Shown here: positions 1 through 12,100 of the stretch, piece by piece
Numbering within the stretch: position 1 is the stretch's first letter
How the letters are laid out: the number at the start of each line of letters is the position of its first letter
Notes under the pieces: model-generated
Told to the model about the DNA's origin: nothing
The model's input: only the letters and a program-made list of their open reading frames with translations
Databases searched by the model: none
Made by a program: the position numbers and the translations under genes
Assembly: GCA_026770705.1 (NCBI GenBank)
Contig: JANJGN010000014.1
Span: 68,634,001-68,698,000, forward strand
Direction of reading: 5' to 3'
DNA from: Isurus oxyrinchus
Lineage: Eukaryota
DNA: 64,000 bases

Positions 1-114
1 GAATTGCAAAGTGTGGAAGTGTATGAGAAGGAGACAGCCACCTTTGAAACTGAGATCTCTCAAGATGTCCCAGTTGAGTGGAAGCTCAAGGGAGAAATCC
101 TACGCCCATCACCT
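1..114 (+). CDS. TTN: TTN exon, 5' truncated, Ig ~I87 N-half
   Basis: ELQSVEVYEKETATFE...RPSP; donor gtaagc. Confidence 0.9.
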
Positions 115-3100
115 GTAAGCTTTACTTCAAAGCTGGAATATTTATCGTAAAAAAGCAAAATTCAAGATCGTAGTGCAGTTTTGTTTAAAAAAAACCATAA
201 ATTATGATTTTTTAAAATTTTTTCAGACCTGTGAAATGAAAGCAGAAGGTACAAAACGTTTCTTGATCCTTCACAATGTCAAACTGGATCAAGCTGGTGA
301 AGTTGTCTTCAGGGTGCGCAATGCCACATCTATTGCTTATCTGAGAGTTAAAGGTAACTAATAATCCTTGAAGGAAATGTTCAGAGCAGTTTTCTTTATG
401 ATGAAAGAAGGTGAGAAATTTTAAAGAAAAGTTTGTTTTTTTAGTTTAGCTTGCACTAAAATGTAATGTTGCTTTCAGAAATTGAACTTGACTTTGAGGT
501 ACCACTAAAAGATGTGACTGTTCCCGAAAAGCATCAGGCACGATTTGAATGTGTGCTTAACAAGGAGGTTCCCAAAGTCCTGTGGTCAAAAGGCACTGAC
601 ATTCTTAAGGCTGGTGATAAGTATGATTTAGTTGTTGATGGAAAGAAGCACATTCTTGTTATCAATAAGTCAACCTTTGATGATGAAGGAGATTACACCG
701 CTGAAATTGTGGGAAAGAAAACAACTGCAAAACTGACTGTAACTGGTAAGCTTTTTTAGTTAATTACATTTCATGATTAAACCTTATACTGGTTTAATGT
801 GAATGAAAATAAAATATTGCAGATACTGGAAATCTGAAAAAGAAAATGCTGGAAAAACTCAGCAGTCTGGCAGCATCTGTGGAGAGAGAAACAGAGTTAA
901 TGTTTCGACTCCATATGACTCTTCTTCAGAGTTTAATGTGTTGGTAATATTTAATTAACTTCCATTTTGCATATTGTTTGGTAATGTGACAATACATTTG
1001 TTAAGTCCTATACAAATATTTTAGGGGTGTTGTTTATTGTATTGTCTATGGCTGATTTAGCTTTTGTTATTCTGAAGCATTGGGCAATTAAGAGTGTAAT
1101 TAAAGATGGAGATATCATCATTCAAAATATGCCATACACATTATATTAAAGCCTACGATTGATCTGGGTGTGGGGAGTTGCCTTACCCTAATGTCAGGCT
1201 GCATTTTGTAGATCAAGAACTTGCATTTATATCATGGCTTGCACCACCCTATGATGTCCCAAAGCTCAATGAAATATTTTTGAAGTATAACCCCTGTTGT
1301 AATGTAGGGAAACACATTAGCCAATTTTCACAGGCTAAAAAACAAATGTAGATTTCAGTTGAATTATTAATTACATGATTTTGAACTAGTAATGATTGGT
1401 CCATATATTACTTCATATTTCAGGTATGAGGTTGAAGTTTATTACACCACTAAAAGATCAGACAATCAAAGAAGGTAACACGGCGCATTTTGAAATTGAA
1501 TTATCACATGAAAATCTCCCAGTGGCTTGGTACCGGAATGAAAATAAAATTCACCCAGGCAGAACGGTTGTGATCTCCACTGATGGGAAGAAGCATGTAT
1601 TAGAAATTAAAGAAGCAACTCTTGATGATACGTGTCAGATACGAGCAGAAGTTGCTCAGCTATCCACAAAAGGTTACCTGAATGTCATCGGTAAGACTTG
1701 TTTGGAATTCTGTTGTGCAATGAAACTGACATTTTGTAGGTGGAATGTAATACTGACTGAGGGAGCAAAGAACGAGGCAGGGGGAAATTGATTCAAGTGG
1801 GAGGTTCCATGCCAGATCTCCGACATCGGGATCAAAGGCCGAAAATTATTCTGGCATGGGCGTGGGGGAGTGGGGAGGTACAAGACAGTAAAGCTGACAC
1901 CACACAGTGAGAACTTAATTTTACTGGTTTAGCATATCCTTTTAACTCATTAACATGGAACCTTTTGCGACTAAAAAGTAGCTTTGTAATTAAGCGTGAT
2001 GCACACGAGATCACAGGCCCTCAGTTTCCTGGCTGTCTAAATCTGATGGTGAGCTGGCAAGTCAGTCTGTGAGGGCAAGTTGAGCCACTTGGACCTGCCT
2101 GTCACAACTCAGCCATTTTCTTCTGAGAGGGGAGAGTAGTCTGTGATTCATCGCGGGGAAGGGCACAGTCACAGTGTGGTGGTTGAGGGTCATTGATGGA
2201 AGGTCAGAGGCCATTGCAGAGAAGTTGAAGGTCATTGCAGGAAGTTCAAGGATCCTTCTGGAGGGACGAGGGCCATTGTAGTGAGGTAAAAGGACATCTC
2301 GGGGAGGGAGAAGGATCACTATGGGAGGACAAGGACTATCTCGGGGAGGACTTGGGCAGATTAACTTGGCTGCAGGAGCTTGGTGACTGTAAAAGAGGCA
2401 TTTCCAACAGGTGCCAGGTGTTTCCTAAAGGCCAGGGACCCAGTGGAGGACATACTCTTGCCAGAATCTTGACATTTGTGGAGCTTTTGGAGCTACCATG
2501 CTCTTCTCCACCCAGTGTTCCTGGAGCCCAAGGTGGAGGAGGAGCACAGAAGGAGTCTGGAACTGGGTCCAGAGGCACAAATGGCAGGAGGTCATTGTAA
2601 AGGGGCTCAGTCTGTGGCTGGATCAAACCCTGAGGACGGTCAAGAGGAAATCCAACCGGAACCAGTCAAACGAAGATCAGTGCCACATGTCAGAGTACAC
2701 AGATCTTGCCTCAACTACCTTCAAATGTTAGAGAGACAATGTCGTCAAAAGTTGTGGATGCCTTAGGTGGCTATCAGGGATTTGTGTTCTGCTGCAGGAT
2801 GATCCGTGGCACCTGGGATTCAGAGGGCATCCAATACTTGTGGCTTTGAAGGTCATGGCAGCATTAAACTTCAACACCAGTGGCTCCTTCCGGGTATTGC
2901 CCAGGCAGCTGCTCATGGAGTGACAAATTCCCTGTACAAGAGGGCCAGAGAGTTTGTGCAATACAATACTGACCCAAAGAGCCAAGCCAAAAATTTGTGG
3001 GCTTTAGAGCCTTTTCAGGCTTCCCACGAGTGCAGGGTGTTATACAATGTGGCAGTTAAGGCTCCCTGGGACCAGCCTGTGGTATTTATCAACAGAAGGG

Positions 3101-6100
3101 GTTCCACTCCATTAATTTGCAATTGGTGTGGGACCGCAGGAGACATATCCTTCTGGTGAGTTCTGGGTTCCTTGGGTGTTCCCATTCCATACCACTCCCA
3201 AGTGCCACAGCTCTTCAAGACCCTTGCATGCCTACACAGATGGATCCTGGGAGACATTGCACGCAAGATCTGGCTGATGACATAGGTGCAGCACCCTCAA
3301 AATCCAGCCAAGGAGTGTTATAATGAATGCCGTGGATCAACAAGGGAAATGATTGTTAAAAATTAGGTTCCACTGCCTGGACCATTCTGGCAGGGCCCAC
3401 AATATATGCCTCAGTGTGTCTCTTGGACTACCATCACCTGTTGTGCATTGCACAACCTTGCGTGGCAAAGGGAGGAGGCTTTGCTGACTATTGAACTGGA
3501 GGAGCCACACTCCTCATCTGTTGAGTAAGATGGGGAGGAGAGAGCAGAGCAGGCAGGTCAGCAGATTGAGGCTCCACATCAGATGCAAAAGCAGTGGAAA
3601 GATGCGCAAGAGAAGCCTGTGAAGCCTGTGTTCACACCAGATTCCAGCCAGCAAAATGCCTTTAACAAGCCCTCTGCCTTACATCCATGGGACCTCTATA
3701 TCTTCTCCCGAGAGCAACTCACCATTGACCATCAAGAAGCCACTCCATTCTAGCCACTCCAACCATGAAGAGGTCAATACTCCACCTTCATCCATACAGA
3801 CTTGTAACTTATTCTGCAGGTGTTCACACAGCTAATAGGGAGATGACATTAACACCATCCAACACATCCACAGCTGAGGTGAAGACAATATGATTGTGTT
3901 CATTCTTACTGGCCTCTCTGCTCCTTTCTGATGGGCTGCCCTCTTGAACTGCTGCAGTTCATGTGATGTTGGTACACCCACAGTTTGCTAGGGAGGGAGT
4001 TCCAGGATTTTGACCCAGCGACAGTGAAGGAACAGTGATATATTTCCAAGTCAGGATGGTGTGTGGCTTGGATGGGAACTTGAAGTGATGTTGTTCCCAT
4101 GCACCTGCTGCCCTTGTCCTTCTAGATAGTAGTGGTTGTGGATTTGGAAATTGCTGCCTCAGGAGCCTTGGTGAGTTGCTGCAATGCATCTTGTAGACAG
4201 TACACATTGCTGCTACTGTGCGTTGGTGGTGGAAGGAATGAACATTTGTGGAAGGGGTGTCAGTCAAGCAGGCTGCTTTGTCCTGGATGGTATCAAACTT
4301 CTTGAGTGTTGCTGAAGCTGCACTCATCCAGGCAAGTGGAGAGTATTCCACACTCCTCACTTGTGTGTAGTAGATGATGGACAGGCTTTACAGGAGTCAG
4401 GAGGTGGGTTACTTGCCGCTGGATTCCTAGCTTGCTGAGGGGCTCTTGCTTGGGTACAGATGCTTCTTCTGTTACCATGGTTACTGGGGTCTGTAGGATC
4501 ACTGGCTGAAGAGAGGCTGCTCACCCTCTGAGAGCCTTGAGAGGAACCATCAGAAGAGGGAGCCAGGTGCACGTCTTCCCTCTCTGTGCTTGGCAGCATC
4601 CACCTGTCCAATGGAGGAGGAGAGACCCCTCGAGGGATGTCCAGGCACCTCATCCCCCTCTTGCTTGGCCACTGCTGCCTAGAACTCATGGCCAGTGCAT
4701 TGGTATGCAGGTCTGAGCGCATATCCAGCTGCCACTGAATGGTCTGCTGAATTTGACTGTCCATAATGGTCACCAGCCTCTCCATAGAGGAAGCTATGCC
4801 CTCACATACCCATGGCAGAATGCATGGCCTGGATAGACTCCTCATCGTCCACGCAATCCATACAATACCTCTGAAAATTCTGTTAGATGTTCCCCTGTTT
4901 GCCTCTACATCACCAGAAAGTTTCTGGTGGCTGTGACCAGAGGCCCATCATCAGCTTGGTGCTCCGACTGGGCCTGGCTTCCAACAATCTTCTGATTGTT
5001 AGGTCCCTCAGCTGTCACAGCCTCCATCAGCTGCTCTGGCATGTCTGTGATGTGCTCACTAATTCTAAATGGCGATCGCATACTCATCAAGGTGAACGTA
5101 TCTGCACTAGTGGAGGGTGTGAGGGAAAGATGCACTCCCCCTGAAGCTTCAATGCCATCCTCCTCAGAAGTGCAGGGTCGTGGACGATAGAGCAGGCTGT
5201 CCCTCCAGAACACAAAGACCTCCACGGGGAACACAAAGAATTAGGTTTACATTATTTATAATCCCTCTTCTCACCCCTCTCTGATGCATGTCTCCTTTCT
5301 GCCCAATGGTGGACACCAACTGGAGATCTCCTCACTCTCTTCTGTGCACTCCTGCTTCGCTGTCCTCAATTTCCTGGCTGCCCTGCTCTTTGGCCAGGTC
5401 CACTGCCGTCTCCTCTGCTGATGTGAGTGATCTAACGTTAGGCACTCCTCCACCCACCGTTGCCTGTTCTTTGCTGTGTGTGCCATTTTCTCCTTCGAAC
5501 AGAATGGGAGACTGAGTCTCTGCTCCATGAACATCTGACGCCCTTATCAGCATGCATTTCTCTGTCAGATAATGGGGCCTGCTGGTTGTCTACACTTTCA
5601 CCCTCATAGCACTTGTGCAACAATGGAAGCATGAGCGTGAAATTTCGCACCCATATGCATCCAAGCCTCAGCTTACATCTGTTGCTGAGCCTTACACTTC
5701 TTTTGCCTACCTGCCCACTCTCTTCCCCTCACTAAGACACATTGTATGTTGCCCTCATGAGAACCAGGTAGCTCTAAACATTCCACCCTGGCAGCACAGA
5801 GGAGGTAGTTGACCCTCTTGCTACATTGGACACATGTGGACCCCATGCTGCTAGCCTCCGTTGCACTCTCTATCCAGACGTACTTGGTCAAGCTGGAGGG
5901 TCTCCTGATGCCACTGCTGGGGAAAAGCACCTCCCACCATTTCTTGGCAGCCAAGAGGAGAACTGCAAGGGGGCATCGCTGAACTGTAGAGCCATCCTTT
6001 GTCTGTCTGAGCCTTGTGCCAGTTGGACACAGATCAGGACAAATGCTGATGAGGCTGGGAGCCTGGAGAATGAATTCGAGGTGCTGCTAAAGAAGAGAAG

Positions 6101-9100
6101 GTTGAGGCTAGAGATACCTTCAGGGCTGGGATTCCTCACTGCCTCTGCAATACTGAAGCTGATGCCTTGTAAACACTGCCATTTAAAAATGGTGCCTGGA
6201 CGTTAGACCCCTTCATTTACAGCGCGTTCAGAGACTTCCTGCTGGCTCCCACCGCAGAATTAGCTGGGCCCTGCACCTCCATTGCTTTTATTAGCCAAAA
6301 ACCACCACAAAAATCATGATTGTCCAGCCACTCCTGCCACTAACGACAATGCCACCCACCTCGAGGTCTGCCGCTTGGTCCTGCTCCAGGACAACTAAAT
6401 TCTGCCCTACATGTTGTGTACAATTCTATCCATGACAGAACCGATAAAGAAACGGTTTTTAAAAAACAGAGGGCATTAGGTGTTCGTGATGATTCATTTC
6501 TTGAAAAGTAACATTCTGTGAGAGACACTCTTTCTTCAGGCAGAACATTAGCTGTTTGTCTCTCATCCACAGAGGCTGATCCTTATTTCATTGTGAAACT
6601 GCAAAATTATACTGCTGTCGAAAAAGATGAAGTCACTCTTGAATGTGAAGTCAGCAAGGACGTGCCAGTAAAATGGCTGAAGGATGGCAAGGACCTTACA
6701 GTGTCAAAGAAAGTTTCAGTTAAAGCTGTTGATAAATGCCGTATTTTGACGATCAAAAAGGTTGACAATAAAGACAAGGGTGAATATGAATGTGATTGTG
6801 GAACCGACAAGACAAAAGCCTCTTTGAATATTGAAGGTACAAATGTTATGAATGAGTACAAGTAGATTCTTCAAAAATTATAAAGTAACGTTCTTTCAAT
6901 ATGTGCAGTTTAAACACCCATTTTTATTACTGTTTACAGCTCGCATCATCAAGATAACGCATCCATTGCATGGTGTAGAAATCTTTGAAGGTGAAACTGC
7001 GCATTTTGAAGTGGAGATCTCAGAAACTGATGTGCATCCTCAATGGAAGCTGAAGGGTGAAACTTTGTTAATGTCGCCTGTAAGTTGTTTTCTTAATTTA
7101 GTTCAAAATTAAACATTCCCACCTCTATGTTGGAATTATTCGGTAGTAAATCATTTTACCCCAGAACTGTTAATTTATTAAAACCGTCATTATTAAATTG
7201 CCTTCCTAATAAATGTTCAGTGGACCCCAAGAGCCTGTATAGTTGTTCTTGAAGAAAGTTCAGGGTAAATTTTCTACAAATGAACTTCATCCTAATATAT
7301 CTCGGGTTATTTTGTGTTGGCAGCGATGTGAGATTATCGAGGATGGCAAGAAACACATTCTGACCCTCTACAACTGCAAACTAAGTGATTCTGGAGAAGT
7401 TTCATTCCAGGCTGCTAATGCTAAGTGTGCAGCTAACCTGAAAGTCAAAGGTAATTTTGAATTCATTTGGAAGAACTTATTATTTTTTTCTGGAATTTTA
7501 ATCATTACAGTTCAGGCTAGTAATTTAGTGCCTTAGTTCCATATTCTGTTCCTATAAGTGGTATGTGTGATTTCCATATGTAACATATGCATTTTAAAAT
7601 ATATATGTATTTGCCAAATGGATTATTAATCTAATTTTTTTTACTTCCTACTCTCCCATTCAGAAATTCCACTCACCTTCATTGTACCGCTTAATGATGT
7701 GAAAGTATATGAGAAAGATGAAGCAAAGTTTGAATGTGAAGTGTCCAGAGAGCCCAAGAATTTCCGTTGGCTAAAAGGAACTGAGGAGATTAAACCTAGT
7801 GCTAAATTTGAAATTTTAGCAGAAGGGACAAAACATATGTTGGCAATTAAACAAGCTGCATTTGATGATGAGGCAAAATATATGTTTGAAGCAGAGGACA
7901 AGAGGACAAGTGGCAAACTGATTATCCAAGGCAAGCAACAGGAGCTAAACAGCAATATATATATTCCTTAGTAGATAACCTGTTCTCTTATTAACGCAGC
8001 TTGAATTTGATTTTAAAAATTCCTTTATTCATAGGCATACGACTTGAATTCACCAAACCTCTTGAAGACCAGACTGTGAAAGAGCGTGAAACTGCAGAAT
8101 TTGTAGCTGAACTTTCTCATGACAATATACCGGTTGTCTGGTACAAAAATGACAAACGCCTACATCCAAGTAGGACAGTGACTATGAAAGACGAGGGTAA
8201 AATCCATTCCATCATATTCAAAGACGTGACCATTGATGATACTTCCCTTATCAAAGTTGAAGCTATGGCTAAAAGTTCGGAGGCCAAACTAACTGTACTT
8301 GGTAAATATATATGGAAATACATGAATTATATTTGCTAACTAAGCTTTGAAACATTGCGCTCATTGCTGGACATTTTTTCTAATTTGCCTCATTTTCTGA
8401 TTTTCTTAGAGGGTGATCCATATTTTATCCGCAAACTGCAGGATTATACAGCTGTAGAAAAAGATGAAGTTATCTTCCAGTGTGAGGTCAGTAAAGCTGA
8501 TGCTCCAGTTAAATGGTTTAAGGATGGAAAAGAATTGATTCCTTCAAAGAACATGCAGATTAAAACAGATGGGAAGAAGCGCATATTGGTTATTAAACGG
8601 GCTCTGAAGAATGATCAGGGACAATATTCATGTGACTGTGGCTCTGACAATACATCAGCCAAACTAAACATCGAGGGTAAGAATAACTAAATGTCGTCTT
8701 ATCGATAGCATTTAGAAACATCCAAAATCCTGTGGTCCTTTGTACTTGTTTATTGTGGTAACTCAACTTGTATTTTTTTGTAAATTAGATTAATTTGTCT
8801 TAAATTATCAGTCATGTGCTGCTGCTGGACAATAACATCTTACATTATTTTACTTCAGAGCGTGATATTAAGATATTACGTCCACTGTACAGTGTTGAAG
8901 TCACAGAAACAGAAGCTGCTCGTTTTGAGACTGAAATTTCTGAAGAAGATGTACATGGCAATTGGAAGCTGAAGGGGGAGAATTTGCATCCATCCCCTGT
9001 GAGTATTAACATTAGAGAAGTGCTCAAGTTTTTCTTGGCTTCTTTCTTTCTTTCCTTCTTTTTGTCTACCTTCCTTAAAAGTTTTACATCTTTTTTCTTA

Positions 9101-12100
9101 ATATAGGACGTAGAGATTAAGAAGGAAGGCACAAAACATTTTCTTACACTGTACAATGTGCACATGGATCAAGCTGGTGAAGTTGATTTCCAGGCTGCTA
9201 ATGCCAAAACCAGTGCTCATTTGAGAGTCAAAGGTAGATCTGCTTAATATCATGTACCAAGAATGTTAATAACCAAGAAATATGCACTTATTAAAAAAAA
9301 CCCTCAAGACCTTTTGGCACTTTATTGGGAGATTTATATTTCTGTGATGTTATAAATATCCAGAACGATCTGTCATACGATGACATTTTCCGTTGTGAAC
9401 CACTGTAGGTTTCCAAAATTATTGACCACCTAATTAATAATTGATAGACGGATGCATTGTTTAAGTTTAAAGTGGAGTTGCCATGTTTATTGTTTCAATG
9501 TTGAATGGTTCCCTAAGTCTACATTTTTGGCAACTGCTGAAAGGCTGATGGGTGGAATCAGGCTGTTGCCAAACACGCTACTGTGTAACCAATCAGATCC
9601 ACCAATAATTTTTTATGTGTTATTTCTTGAGTAGAAATGGAGACAACCACTATAAGCAGTTTCAGTGATGTAGATCAGGAAATAAAATGTGGAAATACAG
9701 ATTTTAGCTAGGATTTTCCAGCCCCGCCGTTGCAGGACCTGCTGTGAGGAATGCGGCGGCTCAGTTAAAAGTCCATTGACTTCCGGCAAGACCAGAGAAC
9801 CCCGCCCTTTGAATTCACCCATTGCTCTTTCGGCTAGGCCTTGGTCATCTGGGTAGTTAAAGTCAGTCTCCTAAGATAGCTGAAATGCATTTTTAAATTA
9901 GAAAAACAATTTTCTTGAGACTAACAGGCACACCAATCTCTTTTTGCATTCAAAGCTCGAGTGATCAGCTTACTTCGGCCGCTCAAGGATGTGACAGTAA
10001 CCGCTGGAGACTCAGCTACTTTTGAATGTGAACTGTCATATGAAGGAATTGAAGTCCAATGGTTCTTGAAGAACAAGTTACTTGAGCCCAGTGAAAAAGT
10101 ATGTTGATAACTATTTTGTGTTGGTCTCTTTCCTCTTTTATAATTCATGGAGATCTTAAAAGTTTTAGAGTGAATATCTCATCTACATTTCAAAGTAATC
10201 TGCCTCCACCATCCCACTGAGATGCCTGCATGTTTTGGATTTGAATGGTTTGCAGTTCCATTTCAGGCAATTATGCCCACCAATTAAGAAAGAAATGATG
10301 AATTTTTGACTAATTCCTTATATTACAGTATTGCAAATCAATAAAACTGTACATTGTGCATTAAACAATTTATATTCTATACCTGTAAAGGTTGCTATGT
10401 GTGGAAAGCAGCAATTGGAAAAAAATGCTTGTCTCTTGTTGTTACTAAAAGCATGTACATTAATATAATGCTTACAGTATTTTGTTAAGATGTATTTTCA
10501 TGACTATGATAAATGCCAAATGTGAAAGTGTTTTCAAGTTCCAAAAGAAAAACGGTCTCTGATTTTTCATATAGTAAAGCAAGGTCCATCCATAGATAAA
10601 GTATTATATGCATATATTTCAAAATATATATATTTTGTAGTTGTAATCAACATGTTCACTACAGTTCTGTAGTGGATCTGTTAATCTTTCTGTGAATTGT
10701 AGGTACCATCATTCAGATAATTAGAAGCTGAATTTGGTCATAGAGGAAATCCCTTGTGTTAATTATGGTTAGTATGGCTTGTAAGCTCATGTGATCAGAA
10801 TCAGATCAATCTCACTTTGCCCCTTAATTTTTTTTTATAATTGGTTCAATTTATTGAGAACAAAAATTGTAAATCTATGAAGCTTTGGAATTTGCTTTCT
10901 AATTATCTGAATGATGATACCTACAATTCACAAAAAGATTAACAGATCCACTTTAGTAAGATTAAATCTCATGGTTTGCATATTTGAAATGGCCACCTTT
11001 GTAACAACTTTCTTTTATTTGTTCATCCCTAATTACCCTTGTTCAGAAGGCATTTAAATGGCTAGGCAGATTTCCTTCCCTAGTGAATCAAATGGGTTTT
11101 TACAACAATCAACAATGGTTTTGTGGTCATCATCAGATCTTTAAATCCAGATTTTTATTGAATTCAAATTTCACCATCTACCATGGTGGGATTCGAACCC
11201 GGGTACCCAGAGCATTACTCTGGGTCTCTGGAATACTAGTTCAGTGACAATAACACTATGCCACCACCTCTCCTTCTTGATATGTACAGTATCAATTTTC
11301 AAATTCTGCTGAGGCTGACAAAGTTTCAAAAATCTTACACATAAAGCTATGGAATTTGATTGCCATGAAACAATCAAACATGTCACTACATTAGCATTGG
11401 GAAAACAAATGAAGAATTATGGGCAGAAAGAGTTTAATTTCTGAAACAATCGTACCAACATGTTTAGATTGTCATAGGGTCAAAGTGGCATTATTTGCCA
11501 TTTAGGGGTCTCAGTTGGCAGCAGACAGGAAAGCTGTTCATGGTCCTTCCCATCACAGACTTAATTGGGGTGGAGGTAGGAAGGTGGTGGAGTCCTCACC
11601 CATCACCCTCCCGCCTGATTAAATGTCTTCCTGCCACAAAACTCATCACGGGGGAGAGCATTAAATTCCGCCCATAGAGAATTTTATGGCACAGAAGGAG
11701 GCCATTTGGTTCATTGAGTCTGTGGTAGATTGTCATTTGCTGTTAGACAATCAAATGCATGGTATAGACTCATGGAGAAATTGTTGACAAGGACACTGGC
11801 ATTAGATGTTGTAATATTTATGTTAATGATACTTTAGAACAGCAGCCATTTACAAAGCAATTGTTCAAATTAAACCGTATGGAATATTAAGCTGGTCATG
11901 ATCTTGACTGTCACCTTTTGTAATAGTGAAAAACATAACTAATATCCATGAGCTCCATGTGAATGTGCATGGCTGGCTACAGTAGGCAAAGCAACCTTTG
12001 TTTTTATACTTCAGAAAAAATGTGGTAATGGAACTATTAATTCTTGATTGCCAAAACCATGATTTTGCAAAATCAAATAACACAAACTAAAATGTCCATG

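Larger units (their letters stand above)
1738..6407. mobile_element. Decayed PIF/Harbinger DNA transposon (convergent transposase and Myb/SANT genes)
   Basis: HARBI1-like fragments on +, Myb/SANT-like fragments on -. Right end aaattctgccc; left end uncertain. Confidence 0.75.

Noticed and set aside
11175-11272. tRNA gene
   Set aside because: A and B boxes are present, but they run into a SINE body and I could not fold a full cloverleaf.
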